Positions 29,017 through 39,463 of a DNA stretch of 64,000 bases are shown piece by piece. The stretch's first letter is position 1. Each line of letters opens with the position of its first letter. The stretch is from an uncultured Alphaproteobacteria bacterium. Lineage in GTDB: Bacteria > Pseudomonadota > Alphaproteobacteria > HIMB59 > GCA-002718135. The position numbers were made by a program, and so were the translations under genes. The stretch covers positions 173,329-237,328 of the forward strand of contig CACOAX010000001.1 in the NCBI GenBank assembly GCA_902625365.1, written 5' to 3'. The notes beneath the pieces are model-generated. The model did no database searches. It was not told the DNA's origin and saw only the letters and a program-made list of their open reading frames with translations.

Positions 29017-29556
29017 TTAATCTTCAATTTGATATTTTTTAATTAAAGGGAATTGTGTCATCGTAAAAATAAACGTAATTGGTAAGATACCAAAAACTTT
29101 AAAATTTACCCAAACATCAGTACTTTGTGTTCTCCAAACAATTTCATTTAAAACAGCAAGTGCAACAAAAAAAGCAATCCACCTTTGAGTTAATATTCTC
29201 CATCCATCTTCTTCTAGTTTAAGTGCAGCGCCTAAAAGATACTTTAAAAGAGGTTTTTTAACAATCACTCCTCCATATAAAATTAATGCGAAGACCATAT
29301 TTATTATTGTTGGTTTCATTTTAATAAAAATTTCATTGTCAAAATAAATTGTTAGACCTCCAAATATTAATACAATCGCAGCTCCAAGAGTTGGCATAAT
29401 TGGTATTTTTTTCTCAAGTATATATGAAATGATTACTGAAATTACGGTTGCAATCATAAGAGGAAGTATTGCTTCTTGAAGACCACTTCTTGTATAAAAA
29501 ATAAAGAATACTGCAAGCGGTCCTATATCAATTAATAATTTATAAACTGACTTCAT
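29017..29556 (-). CDS. yciB: septation protein A (YciB/IspZ)
   Basis: 179 aa, 5 TM segments, DIGPLAVFFIFY N-terminus. Confidence 0.85.
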   Translation of the reverse strand: MKSVYKLLIDIGPLAVFFIFYTRSGLQEAILPLMIATVISVIISYILEKKIPIMPTLGAAIVLIFGGLTIYFDNEIFIKMKPTIINMVFALILYGGVIVKKPLLKYLLGAALKLEEDGWRILTQRWIAFFVALAVLNEIVWRTQSTDVWVNFKVFGILPITFIFTMTQFPLIKKYQIED

Positions 29557-30473
29557 TTTTGTTCTTCTAGATTTAAAATAGACCTAGCAAAGTTTTGAGA
29601 ATTAAAGGTTACAAGGTCCTCAATACTTTCTCCAAGACCAACATAACTTATAGGGATTTCAAATTTATTTGCAATTGAAATTAATGCTCCGCCTTTTGCT
29701 GTTCCATCCAATTTAGTTATTATAAGACTTGATACATTAAGTTCATTTCCAAAGATTTCCACTTGCTTAATCATGTTCGAACCATTCGTTCCATCTAAAA
29801 CTAACACAGTTTCAATATTAAAAGAGGAATTAACTTTTGAGATAACATTCTTCAATTTAATTAGCTGATTAATGAGGTTGGTATTATTTGATAATCTTCC
29901 AGCAGTATCTATAAGTAAAAAATCATAATTTTCTTTTCCAAATTCTTCAGTTGCCTGATACGCTAAGCTTGCTGGATCTTGATTACTTTTTCCAGCGATA
30001 AAACCATTATTGTTTTTTTTCGCCCAATTTTCCAACTGCTCAACAGCTGCAGCCCTAAATGTATCACAGGCCGCAATCAGAATTTTTTTATTTGATAAAA
30101 TTTTATTTGCAATTTTGCCAATAGTGGTTGTCTTTCCACTTCCGTTTACTCCAACAAATATTAATATTTTTTTTTCATCATTTTTTTCATTTATCAGAAC
30201 ATGTTCTCTTGGAAGTAATATACTTTCTATATTTTGAGCTAAGATTTCTAGTACATTTTTTATTCCATCATTATTTGAAATTTTTATTTTTTTTATAGAA
30301 TCTATTAGCTGATTTACAACATCCAAACTAATATCAGATGAAATAAGAACATTTTCTAATTCTTCTAAAGTTAAATCGTCTATTTTTTTGTTTTTTAAAA
30401 TCTCTACAATATTAAAAGAAAGTATATTTGAAGTTTTACTTAACTTATCTTTAAATATTGAGAACAAACTCAT
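29553..30473 (-). CDS. ftsY: signal recognition particle receptor FtsY
   Basis: GVNGSGKTTTIGK, DTAGR, TKLDGTAKGG. Confidence 0.95.
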   Translation of the reverse strand: MSLFSIFKDKLSKTSNILSFNIVEILKNKKIDDLTLEELENVLISSDISLDVVNQLIDSIKKIKISNNDGIKNVLEILAQNIESILLPREHVLINEKNDEKKILIFVGVNGSGKTTTIGKIANKILSNKKILIAACDTFRAAAVEQLENWAKKNNNGFIAGKSNQDPASLAYQATEEFGKENYDFLLIDTAGRLSNNTNLINQLIKLKNVISKVNSSFNIETVLVLDGTNGSNMIKQVEIFGNELNVSSLIITKLDGTAKGGALISIANKFEIPISYVGLGESIEDLVTFNSQNFARSILNLEEQK

Positions 30474-31729
30474 GCTATTCTTGCTAATAACGTATCATTT
30501 TCTACGCCTGTGTATATACAGGAAATTATATTTCCCTCTTTAAACTCTTCTTCAAGTTTTACTTTTAAAAAATGCTGATCTTTTCCAAGTGAAAAATTTT
30601 CTTTTCTACTTTCAATTAAAATTTGTTCCTTCTTTCCAATATTTTTTTTTAAATGTTGTTTTAATTTTTCAATACCTTTTTCTCTAAGTCTCCTTGCTCT
30701 ATCTTTGATAATATTTTTTTGAACTTGAGGCATTCTAGATGCAGGAGTGTTTTCTCTTGGTGAATAAGGAAAAATATGAAGATGAGTTAAATTACACTCA
30801 TCAACTAGTTTAATTGAATCTTGAAACATTGTTTCTGTCTCTGTTGGAAAACCGGCAATTATATCAGCACCAAATGTTGCATCTTTCCTAATAGATAAAA
30901 CTTTCTTACAAAAATCAATTGCCATTTCCCTTGAATGTCTTCTTTTCATTCTTTTCAAAATTAAATTGTTTCCAGCTTGTAAACTTATATGAAAATGAGG
31001 CATCAATCTTTCGTCCTTTAAAACATCCCAAAAATCTTCGTCTATTTCAGCGCAGTCAATTGAAGACAAACGCAGCTGTTTTAATTCAGGTACTAATTTT
31101 AGAATTCTTTTAATTAAGTTAGAAAAAGTCGGTTTTGCTGGAAGATCTTTTCCATAATCAGTTATATCTACTCCTGTTAAGACTACTTCATTATATCCAT
31201 TGCTAACAATTTTTTTTATTTTATTTACTATCTCTCCAGCAGGTACACTTCTATTATTGCCCCTGCCAAATGGAATAATACAAAAAGTACAGCGATGGTT
31301 ACAACCTTGTTGAATTTCAATATAAGCTCTCGATTTTCCTTCAAATTTTTCAATTGAATTAGGTACTGTTTTACTCTCTTCTAATATATTTCCTACTTTA
31401 AGATTTTTAGACTGATTGATATTTTTCCATGTTAAAGTTTCTAATTTTTCTGTGTTCCCAATTACTGAGTCTACTTCTTTTAAATCTTTATATTTTAATG
31501 GATTGATTTGAGCCGCACATCCTGTAACTACTATTTTATTATTAGGAAAATTTTTTTTTGCCTTTCTAATTTCATAAGAAACTTTTTTCTCAGCTTCTTC
31601 AGTTACTGCACATGAATTTATGACTGTAACATTATTTAAATTATTTGTTTTAAGATGGTTTTTAATAATTTCACCTTCATAAATATTCAATCTGCAACCT
31701 AGATTGACTACGTAGTTTTTATTTTTCAT
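30470..31729 (-). CDS. mtaB: radical SAM methylthiotransferase, MtaB type
   Basis: N-terminal CRLN...C..T MTTase domain, CNHRCTFCIIP radical SAM motif, C-terminal TRAM domain. Confidence 0.88.
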   Translation of the reverse strand: MKNKNYVVNLGCRLNIYEGEIIKNHLKTNNLNNVTVINSCAVTEEAEKKVSYEIRKAKKNFPNNKIVVTGCAAQINPLKYKDLKEVDSVIGNTEKLETLTWKNINQSKNLKVGNILEESKTVPNSIEKFEGKSRAYIEIQQGCNHRCTFCIIPFGRGNNRSVPAGEIVNKIKKIVSNGYNEVVLTGVDITDYGKDLPAKPTFSNLIKRILKLVPELKQLRLSSIDCAEIDEDFWDVLKDERLMPHFHISLQAGNNLILKRMKRRHSREMAIDFCKKVLSIRKDATFGADIIAGFPTETETMFQDSIKLVDECNLTHLHIFPYSPRENTPASRMPQVQKNIIKDRARRLREKGIEKLKQHLKKNIGKKEQILIESRKENFSLGKDQHFLKVKLEEEFKEGNIISCIYTGVENDTLLARIA

Positions 31730-31732
31730 AAA

Positions 31733-32551
31733 TTATATTTCTAAACTACCTCGATAACTTATTTCTGCAGGTCCTGTCATAATAGATTCATTATTAACTA
31801 TATTTATGTGCAGTGATCCTTTTTCAAGTTTCACTTCAGCGTTATTTTCAATTAATCCTTTTTTCCACGCCGCATATACAGCCGCACAGGCACCACTACC
31901 ACAAGCTAACGTAATTCCAACTCCACGTTCCCAAACTCTCATTTCAATTAAATTTGAATTAATAACTTCAACTATTTCAACATTAGTTTTTTTTGGAAAG
32001 AGCTCATGATTTTCTATTTTAGGACCTATACTTTCAAGATCTGTATCTTTGATCGATTTCCCAAAAAAAACTACATGTGGATTACCTACATTAACAGCAA
32101 CCCCATTACTATATCCATCAATTGAAATTGGTATATTCATTGTATCGACTTCTTTACTTAAAGGAATTTTATCCCAAGTATTTTTTATTGAACCCATGTT
32201 GACACTTATATTGTTATCTATTTTTTTTGATTCTAATATACCTGCATCAGATTGAATTTTTAAAATCTCTTTATTTGAATCTTCATCAAATAGTATTTTT
32301 GCCACACAGCGTGTTCCATTACCACAAGCCTCGGCTCTATCACCACCAGGATTAAAAATTTCAATTTCAGCATCAGCACTTTGATTACTTGTATTATTAA
32401 TTGTGATTAATTGATCACATCCAGCTCCAGTTCTTCTGTCACTGAGTCTTTTAATAATATCTTCAGTAATTGCGATATTGTTAGACCTTTTATCTATGAT
32501 AACAAAATCGTTCCCAAGCCCATGCATCTTTATAAAGTCTACTTTTTGCAT
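31733..32551 (-). CDS. dapF: diaminopimelate epimerase
   Basis: KMHGLGNDFVII; catalytic Cys motifs CGNGTRC and ACGSGACA. Confidence 0.95.
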   Translation of the reverse strand: MQKVDFIKMHGLGNDFVIIDKRSNNIAITEDIIKRLSDRRTGAGCDQLITINNTSNQSADAEIEIFNPGGDRAEACGNGTRCVAKILFDEDSNKEILKIQSDAGILESKKIDNNISVNMGSIKNTWDKIPLSKEVDTMNIPISIDGYSNGVAVNVGNPHVVFFGKSIKDTDLESIGPKIENHELFPKKTNVEIVEVINSNLIEMRVWERGVGITLACGSGACAAVYAAWKKGLIENNAEVKLEKGSLHINIVNNESIMTGPAEISYRGSLEI

Positions 32552-32698
32552 ATTTGTTTTATAACCTAATTTATCGATAAATCTCAGTAAATATGGGAAA
32601 TTTAAGAATACTTGACTTTCAATTATTCAGCTAATAGAGGGTCAGGAACAAATCCTATATTTGTAAACGAATTGAGCTTGTTACAATTGTGATAGGTA

Positions 32699-32727
32699 CT
32701 CTAGCCCACGAGTTTCGTGCCCTGGAG
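32699..32727 (+). promoter_or_regulatory. GC-rich imperfect hairpin in the ffh leader
   Basis: CUCUAG(32699-32704)/CUGGAG(32722-32727, one U-G wobble that works only on the plus strand) enclosing CACGA-GUU-UCGUG. It ends 21 nt before the ffh ATG. Confidence 0.3.
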
Positions 32728-32748
32728 TTAAAAGGCTATTGGAGATTT

Positions 32749-34113
32749 ATGTTTGATACACTGAACACCAAATTTGAAAAAATTGTTCAAAGTATTCGGG
32801 GTAAGGCTGTTATATCAGAAACAGATCTAGAAATTACATTACGTGAAATTAGAATTGCTCTCTTAGAGGCAGATGTTTCCTTAGTTGTAGTAAAAGAATT
32901 TATAAATTCCATCAAGTCAAACATTTTAGGAAAAGAAATTCTCAAATCTGTCAAGCCAGATCAAATGATCATAAAGCTTGTGCAAGATGAGCTTGTAAAA
33001 ATTCTTGGATCAGAAAATAAATCTCTAAATTTATCTTCTTCTCAATTAACTAAAATACTATTTTGTGGATTACAAGGATCTGGTAAAACAACATCAATTG
33101 CCAAACTTTCCTATTTGTTAAAGAAGTCTTCAAAGAAAAAAATTTTATTAGCATCAGCAGACATTTATCGACCAGCAGCACAAGAACAATTAAAAGTATT
33201 AGCTGAAGAAACTGACTCAGATTTCTTTAGTCATAATCTATCATCAGTCAGTAATATTGTTGATGATTCTATAGACTATGCTCAAAAAAATTTATTTGAT
33301 ATTCTTATTTTAGATACTGCTGGACGACAAGTTGTAGATAAAAAGTTAATGAGTGAATTAGTTGAAATTGAAAATAAGTTTAAACCTGACGAAACATTAT
33401 TAGTAGCAGATGCTCTAACAGGACAAGACGCTGCAAATGTAGCTAAAAGTTTTAGTGATGCAATAAATATCACTGGATCAATTTTAACTCGAATAGATGG
33501 TGATAGCAGAGGTGGTGCAGCACTATCAATTAAATCAATAACAAACTCTCCTATAAAATTTATAGGACTAGGTGAAAAAGTAGAAAATTTTGAACCTTTC
33601 CATCCTGAAAGAATTGCACAAAGAATTTTAGGTATGGGAGATATTGTATCTCTTGTTGAAAAAGCTGCTGAAAATATTGATAAAGAAGAAATGGAAGATA
33701 TGGCAAAAAAGATCGCTAAAGGAAAATTTGATCTTGAAGATTTTGCCAATCAATTAAAGCAAATGGGTAAAATGGGTGGAGTCTCCGGTTTACTTTCTAT
33801 GATGCCAGGTGTTTCAAAGGCACAGAAGTTAATGGCAGAAAATAAAATTTCTAATTCAATGATTGATAAACAAATAGCTATAATCAGTTCAATGACAAAA
33901 AAAGAAAGAGCTGATCCAGATATTATAAAGGCTTCACGTAAAATTAGAATTTCAAAAGGATCTGGAACAAAAGTTCAAGACGTTAACAGGTTATTAAAAC
34001 AGTTTCTCCAATCACAAAAAATGATGAAGAGAATGAAATCAATGGGCAAAGGAGGAATTCCCAGTGATTTAATGCAAAAATTACAAGGAAATCTTCCTCC
34101 AAACATAAATTAG
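32749..34113 (+). CDS. ffh: signal recognition particle protein Ffh
   Basis: MFDTLNTKFEKIV N-terminus (ATG 32749, GGAG 5 nt upstream), GLQGSGKTTS, DTAGR, Met-rich M domain. Confidence 0.96.
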   Translation: MFDTLNTKFEKIVQSIRGKAVISETDLEITLREIRIALLEADVSLVVVKEFINSIKSNILGKEILKSVKPDQMIIKLVQDELVKILGSENKSLNLSSSQLTKILFCGLQGSGKTTSIAKLSYLLKKSSKKKILLASADIYRPAAQEQLKVLAEETDSDFFSHNLSSVSNIVDDSIDYAQKNLFDILILDTAGRQVVDKKLMSELVEIENKFKPDETLLVADALTGQDAANVAKSFSDAINITGSILTRIDGDSRGGAALSIKSITNSPIKFIGLGEKVENFEPFHPERIAQRILGMGDIVSLVEKAAENIDKEEMEDMAKKIAKGKFDLEDFANQLKQMGKMGGVSGLLSMMPGVSKAQKLMAENKISNSMIDKQIAIISSMTKKERADPDIIKASRKIRISKGSGTKVQDVNRLLKQFLQSQKMMKRMKSMGKGGIPSDLMQKLQGNLPPNIN

Positions 34114-34125
34114 AAAGGAAATAAA

Positions 34126-34524
34126 ATGCCAGTAAGAATAAGATTATCAAGAGGTGGTGCAAAGAAAAGACCATTTTATAGAATAGTAGTAGCTGATTCT
34201 AGAAGAGCTAGAGATGGAAAATTTATAGATCAAATTGGAACTTATAACCCAATGCTTCCAAAGGATAGCGCTGATAGAGTTAAAATGGATTTAGACAAAG
34301 CTAAGGAATGGATTGCAAAAGGAGCAAAACCATCAGATAGAATTTCTATTTTTCTTAGCAATCTTGGTGTGATGGAAAAACCAGTTATTACTGAAAAAAC
34401 AAAAAAACATTTACCTAAGAAAAAAGCACAGGAACGTTTAGCTGCTGCTAAAGAAAAAGAAGAAGCTGCGAAAGCTGCAGCAGAAGAACCTAAAGCAGAA
34501 GAAGCAGAAGCTAAAAAAGAATAA
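34126..34524 (+). CDS. rpsP: 30S ribosomal protein S16 with charged C-terminal extension
   Basis: [26 protein letters not shown] core, followed by a K/A/E-rich tail. Confidence 0.96.
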   Translation: MPVRIRLSRGGAKKRPFYRIVVADSRRARDGKFIDQIGTYNPMLPKDSADRVKMDLDKAKEWIAKGAKPSDRISIFLSNLGVMEKPVITEKTKKHLPKKKAQERLAAAKEKEEAAKAAAEEPKAEEAEAKKE

Positions 34525-34538
34525 AATCAATTTTTGCT

Positions 34539-35045
34539 TTGAGTAATAAAGATATTATTCTTGTTGGTCAGTTTGGATCTCCTTTAGGATTAAAAGGTGA
34601 AATAAAAGTTAATATGATGACTACCTCGTTTGAAGTTTTTAAAAATTTAAAAAACTATTATAATTTTGATGGTTCAGTTACGTGGAATTTTAAAAATATT
34701 GTATTCAAAAATAATAAGTGTGTTGTTCAAGTTGAAAAATACTTTTCTAGAGAAGATGTTTTAGAACTTAAAGGTCAAAAAATTTTTTCAAATAAGAAAT
34801 TTTTTCCAAAAACAAAAGATAATGAGTTTTACATAAATGACCTAATAGAATGCATGATTTTCTTGAAAGACAATACTGGTATTGGAAAAGTTTTAAGTGT
34901 TCAAAATTTTGGGGCAGGTGATTTATTAGAAGTCAAATATAATACCAAACTTACTCTTATACCTTTTGATAAAACAAATATTTTATCAGTTAATATCAAT
35001 AAAAAAGAAATTATAGCTGATCCAATACCTGGTATTCTTGATTAA
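34539..35045 (+). CDS. rimM: 16S rRNA processing protein RimM
   Basis: VGQFGSPLGLKGEIKV N-terminus, PRC barrel at the C-terminus, TTG start, operon position. Confidence 0.9.
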   Translation: MSNKDIILVGQFGSPLGLKGEIKVNMMTTSFEVFKNLKNYYNFDGSVTWNFKNIVFKNNKCVVQVEKYFSREDVLELKGQKIFSNKKFFPKTKDNEFYINDLIECMIFLKDNTGIGKVLSVQNFGAGDLLEVKYNTKLTLIPFDKTNILSVNINKKEIIADPIPGILD

Positions 35046-35046
35046 A

Positions 35047-35751
35047 ATGAGAGTAGTAATTTTAACCTGTTATCCTGAGATGTTTCCTGGATCATTAGGA
35101 TATTCTGTAATTGGAAATGCATTAAACAATAAAAAATTTTCTCTCGAGATAGTCAATCTACATAATTTTGGAATTGATAAAAGAGGAAGTGTTGATGATG
35201 AACCCTTTGGGGGAGGCCCTGGAATGGTTATTCGTCCAGATGTGATAGAAAAAGCATTAAATTCAATCACGTTCAAAACTGATAATTACTGCAAAATTTT
35301 TCTTACACCATCGGGTCAGAAATTATCTCAAGCCAAACTTAATAATCTATCAAAACATGATGAAATGCTTATTTTATGCGGTAGATTTGAAGGAGTTGAT
35401 CAAAGAGCTATAGAAATTCTAGGTTTTCAGGAAATAAGTATTGGCGATTACATACTTTCTGGGGGCGAGATTGCTGCTCAGGTGTTAGTTGAAGGTTGTA
35501 TTCGTCTCATTCCTGGAGTATTAGGGCAGCCACAAAGTTTATTAGAAGAATCTTTTTCTAATAATCTACTTGAATATCCTCATTATACCAGACCACAAAT
35601 CTGGGAAGATATTCAGGGGAATAAACATGAAGTTCCAGATGTCTTAACATCAGGTCATCATGAAAAAATTGATAAATGGAGAAAAGAAAAATCGTTTGAA
35701 AAAACTAAAGAATTAAGACCGGATCTTTTTAAAAAAGGAAATATAAAATGA
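35047..35751 (+). CDS. trmD: tRNA (guanine37-N1)-methyltransferase
   Basis: [28 protein letters not shown] motifs. ATG at 35047 immediately follows the rimM stop. Confidence 0.95.
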   Translation: MRVVILTCYPEMFPGSLGYSVIGNALNNKKFSLEIVNLHNFGIDKRGSVDDEPFGGGPGMVIRPDVIEKALNSITFKTDNYCKIFLTPSGQKLSQAKLNNLSKHDEMLILCGRFEGVDQRAIEILGFQEISIGDYILSGGEIAAQVLVEGCIRLIPGVLGQPQSLLEESFSNNLLEYPHYTRPQIWEDIQGNKHEVPDVLTSGHHEKIDKWRKEKSFEKTKELRPDLFKKGNIK

Positions 35752-36350
35752 GTAATTTATTAGAGACATTTGAAAAACAACAAATTGAAAAGTTAACTTC
35801 AAAAAAAAGAGTTCCAGCTTTTCGTCCAGGTGATACTCTAAAAGTTACTGTAAGAATTACAGAGGGAAGTAAGTCGAGACTTCAAGCATTTGAAGGTATA
35901 TGTATTGCAAGAAAAAATAATTCAGTAAACTCTAACTTTACTGTGAGAAAAATATCTCATGGAGAGGGGGTTGAAAGAGTATTCCCTTTATTCAGTCCAT
36001 TAGTAGAAAAAATTGAAGTTGTTAGAAAAGGTGATGTAAGAAGAGCTAAGCTATATTATCTAAGAGAATTATCTGGAAAGAAAGCAAGGATCGCAGATAA
36101 AGATAGGGGTGATGAAGCAGATCAATATGAATATATAGAGGAGGCTCCTCCGGTAGAAGAAACAAAAACTGCAGATACAGATACTAAAGCTGTAGAAGAA
36201 CCAAAAGCTCAAGATGTAGAAGTTAAAAAAGAAGAAACAAAAGTTGAAGAAGAAGTTAAGCCAGCAGAAGAATCTAAAGAAGAAGCTGCAGAGGAATCTA
36301 GTAAAGAAGAGGAAATAGCAGCCGAAAATAAATCGGATGAAAACAAATAA
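35748..36350 (+). CDS. rplS: 50S ribosomal protein L19 with long acidic C-terminal extension
   Basis: [18 protein letters not shown]...[13 protein letters not shown] core, followed by about 80 residues rich in E/K/A/V. Confidence 0.95.
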   Translation: MSNLLETFEKQQIEKLTSKKRVPAFRPGDTLKVTVRITEGSKSRLQAFEGICIARKNNSVNSNFTVRKISHGEGVERVFPLFSPLVEKIEVVRKGDVRRAKLYYLRELSGKKARIADKDRGDEADQYEYIEEAPPVEETKTADTDTKAVEEPKAQDVEVKKEETKVEEEVKPAEESKEEAAEESSKEEEIAAENKSDENK

Positions 36351-37740
36351 AAGTAAAACTCTTTTTGATAAAATTTGGGAACATCATCTTGTTGATAAAC
36401 AGGAAGACGGGACATGTCTTATATATATCGATAGACATCTTGTGCATGAAGTTACAAGTCCTCAAGCATTCGAAGGTTTAAGAAATAATAATCGTAAAGT
36501 AAGAAGACCAGAAAGCACCTTTGCGGTAGCAGATCATAATGTTCCAACTTCAGATAGATCCAAAGGTATAGAAAATAAAGAAAGTAGAATTCAAGTTGAA
36601 ACATTAGAAAAAAATTGTAAAGATTTTGATGTTACTCTCTTTCCATTATTAGATAGCAGACAAGGCATAGTTCACATAGTTGGTCCAGAACAGGGTATTA
36701 CCCAGCCAGGCATGACAATTGTTTGTGGTGATAGTCATACTGCAACACATGGAGCATTTGGTGCTTTAGCTTTTGGTATAGGAACAAGTGAAGTTGAACA
36801 TGTGTTAGCTACTCAAACTTTAATTCAAAAACCTGCCAAAAATATGAGAATTTCTGTTGAAGGTAAATTGAATTTAGGTGTAACAGCTAAAGATATTATT
36901 CTTCATATAATTGGAAAAATTGGAACAGCTGGAGGAACTGGCTATGTTATCGAATATGCTGGTGACGCTATTTCTTCTCTTTCTATGGAAGGAAGAATGA
37001 CAATATGCAATATGAGCATTGAAGCTGGTGCTAGAGCTGGATTAATAGCCCCTGATGAAAAAACTTTTGAATATATTAAAGGTAGACCATACGCACCATC
37101 AGGAGAAGATTGGGATAGGGCAGTAGAGTTCTGGAAATCTCTTCCTTCCGACGAAGGCGCAAAATATGATGAAGAAATTTTAATTAAAGCTGAAAATATT
37201 TCACCACAAATTACTTGGGGTACAAGCCCACAAGACGTTGTTGCCATAAATGGTAAGGTGCCTAATCCACAAGAGGAAAGTAATCCAAATAGAAAAAAAG
37301 CAATGGAACGTTCCCTTGAATATATGGGCTTAGAACCTCAACAAGAAATACAAACAATTAAAATCGATAAAGTCTTCATCGGATCATGTACCAATGGTAG
37401 AATTGAAGACTTAAGGGAAGTTGCAAAAATAGTTGAGGGCAAAAAAGTTACAGTTGAATCCATGATTGTACCGGGCTCTGGTTTAGTAAAAAAACAAGCA
37501 GAAAAAGAGGGTTTAGATAAGATATTCATTAAAGCCGGATTTGATTGGAGAGAACCAGGTTGCTCAATGTGTTTAGCAATGAATCCAGATCAATTAAAAC
37601 CTAAGGAGAGATGTGCTTCAACTTCAAATAGAAATTTTGAAGGAAGACAAGGTCGTGAAGGAAGAACTCACCTTGTGAGTCCTGCTATAGCTGCAGCTTC
37701 AGCTATAAAAGGTTCATTTGCTTTAGTAGAAGATATATAA
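36337..37740 (+). CDS. leuC: 3-isopropylmalate dehydratase large subunit
   Basis: [38 protein letters not shown]. Confidence 0.97.
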   Translation: MKTNKSKTLFDKIWEHHLVDKQEDGTCLIYIDRHLVHEVTSPQAFEGLRNNNRKVRRPESTFAVADHNVPTSDRSKGIENKESRIQVETLEKNCKDFDVTLFPLLDSRQGIVHIVGPEQGITQPGMTIVCGDSHTATHGAFGALAFGIGTSEVEHVLATQTLIQKPAKNMRISVEGKLNLGVTAKDIILHIIGKIGTAGGTGYVIEYAGDAISSLSMEGRMTICNMSIEAGARAGLIAPDEKTFEYIKGRPYAPSGEDWDRAVEFWKSLPSDEGAKYDEEILIKAENISPQITWGTSPQDVVAINGKVPNPQEESNPNRKKAMERSLEYMGLEPQQEIQTIKIDKVFIGSCTNGRIEDLREVAKIVEGKKVTVESMIVPGSGLVKKQAEKEGLDKIFIKAGFDWREPGCSMCLAMNPDQLKPKERCASTSNRNFEGRQGREGRTHLVSPAIAAASAIKGSFALVEDI

Positions 37741-37741
37741 A

Positions 37742-38344
37742 ATGGAAAAATTCATAACCTTAAAAAGTATTCCCGCACCACTCCCTATGATTAACATAGA
37801 CACGGACATGATAATTCCAAAACAATTTTTAAAGACAATAAAGAGATCAGGTTTAGGTAAGAATTTATTTCATGAACTTAGATATGATATCCAAGGTAAT
37901 ATTAAAAATGATTTTGTTTTAAATTGGGATCCATACAAGACCTCTAAAATTTTAATAGCCGGTGCAAACTTTGGTTGTGGTTCAAGTAGAGAACATGCAC
38001 CTTGGTCACTTCTAGATTTTGGATTTAAATCAATCATTGCACCAAGCTTTGCAGATATTTTCTATAATAATTGTTTCAAAAATGGAATTTTGCCAATTAA
38101 ATTAGATCAACAAAATGTTGATATTTTAATGAATGAAGCAGAGAATAAAAAAGATATTTCTGTAGATTTGAAAAACCAAAAAATCATTTACCAGAGCGAA
38201 AAAATTATCGAATTTGAAATAGATCAATTTAGAAAAAAATGCCTTATCGAAGGGTTAGATGACATAGGTCTTACTCTGCAAAAAAACAAAAAAATTGATT
38301 CACATGAAGAAAAAATACACAGTGTCCAACCTTGGATTGTTTAG
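37742..38344 (+). CDS. leuD: 3-isopropylmalate dehydratase small subunit
   Basis: NIDTDMIIPKQFLK, GANFGCGSSREHA. Confidence 0.96.
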   Translation: MEKFITLKSIPAPLPMINIDTDMIIPKQFLKTIKRSGLGKNLFHELRYDIQGNIKNDFVLNWDPYKTSKILIAGANFGCGSSREHAPWSLLDFGFKSIIAPSFADIFYNNCFKNGILPIKLDQQNVDILMNEAENKKDISVDLKNQKIIYQSEKIIEFEIDQFRKKCLIEGLDDIGLTLQKNKKIDSHEEKIHSVQPWIV

Positions 38345-38350
38345 TTAGAT

Positions 38351-39463
38351 ATGAGTAATAAAAAAATTCTAATTTTACCTGGTGATGGAATTGGTAATGA
38401 AGTTATGGCCGAGGTATTAAAAATAATTGATTGGATGGAAAAAACCAAATCTTTATCTTTTGAAATTTCTGAAAGATTAGTTGGAGGTACGGCTTATGAT
38501 AAAGAAGGTAATTCTATAAGTGATGAAACAATGCAAGTAGCTATGGACTGTGATGCTGTATTATTTGGTGCGGTAGGAGGCGCTAAATGGGACAATGTAG
38601 AGAGAGATAAAAGACCTGAAGCAGCCCTGTTAAGATTAAGAAAAGATTTAGATCTTTTTGCCAACCTAAGACCAGCTGTAGTGTTAGATGCATTATCAGA
38701 TTCATCCTCATTAAAATCAGATCTTGTTAAAGGATTGGATATTTTGATAATTAGAGAATTAACAAGTGGTGTATATTTTGGACAACCAAGAGGTATATCA
38801 AAAATTAGTGAAACTGAAAGTAAGGCAGTTGATACTCAACTTTATACCACATCGGAAATAAACCGAGTTTCGCGAGTTGCCTTTGATTTAGCAAAGTTAA
38901 GAGGTAATAAAGTTACTTCTGTTGAAAAATCTAATGTTATGGAAACAGGTTTATTTTGGAAAAATACAGTCACTGATCTTCATAAAAATGAATACTCTAA
39001 TGTTAATTTAGAACACATGCTGGCTGATAACTGTGCGATGCAGTTAGTTCGCTATCCTAAACAATTTGATGTAATTCTTACTGATAATTTATTTGGAGAC
39101 CTATTAAGTGATACAGCAGCAATGTTAACAGGATCTTTAGGAATGCTACCTTCTGCCGCTCTTGGCCCAGTTAAAGAGAATGGAACAAGAGCAGCAATGT
39201 ACGAACCTGTTCATGGTAGTGCGCCGGATATTGCAGGCCAATCCAAAGCCAACCCACTTGCAATGATCATGAGCTTTGCCATGATGTTGAAATATAGTTT
39301 CGATATGCAAGAAGATAGTCAATCAATTGAGAAAGCAGTTCAAAATGTATTATTAAAAGGTTTAAGAACTGCTGATATCAAGGAAGGTGCTGATAAAGTT
39401 ATCTCAACTCAAGAAATGGGTGATGCAGTTATTGAAGAGTTAAAAATTTTAACTGGTAATTAA
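38351..39463 (+). CDS. leuB: 3-isopropylmalate dehydrogenase
   Basis: [28 protein letters not shown]. Confidence 0.97.
   Translation: MSNKKILILPGDGIGNEVMAEVLKIIDWMEKTKSLSFEISERLVGGTAYDKEGNSISDETMQVAMDCDAVLFGAVGGAKWDNVERDKRPEAALLRLRKDLDLFANLRPAVVLDALSDSSSLKSDLVKGLDILIIRELTSGVYFGQPRGISKISETESKAVDTQLYTTSEINRVSRVAFDLAKLRGNKVTSVEKSNVMETGLFWKNTVTDLHKNEYSNVNLEHMLADNCAMQLVRYPKQFDVILTDNLFGDLLSDTAAMLTGSLGMLPSAALGPVKENGTRAAMYEPVHGSAPDIAGQSKANPLAMIMSFAMMLKYSFDMQEDSQSIEKAVQNVLLKGLRTADIKEGADKVISTQEMGDAVIEELKILTGN

Noticed and set aside
32632-32665. GGGUCAGGAAC upstream of ffh recalled the GGUCAGG element of SRP (4.5S) RNA domain IV.
   Set aside because: There is no GNRA tetraloop closed by C-G, no AGCAGCC 3' strand and no long closing helix. 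The resemblance is limited to 7 nt.
32689-32748. ORF-track N-terminal extensions: ffh from GTG 32689, priA from TTG 60421, sdhD from 45876, the lysine-rich gene from 10945, DUF484 from 59794, and sdhC from TTG 45559.
   Set aside because: The conserved N-termini of these families begin at internal ATGs: MFDTLN for Ffh, MLYDVVV for PriA, MKNYALKW for SdhD, MAKKKK preceded by AAGGAG, and MANEDE. The extensions overlap neighbouring genes or leader structures.
33282-33749. Long antisense ORFs inside well-supported genes. Examples: 33282-33749 opposite ffh, 48255-48650 opposite sdhB, 60720-61142 opposite priA, 39475-39852 opposite asd, 36942-37247 opposite leuC, 4343-4621 opposite the binding protein gene.
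   Set aside because: Each lies entirely within a gene with strong family motifs on the other strand. Their translations are low-complexity (S/F/L/I-rich) with no recognisable motifs. These are typical shadow ORFs.
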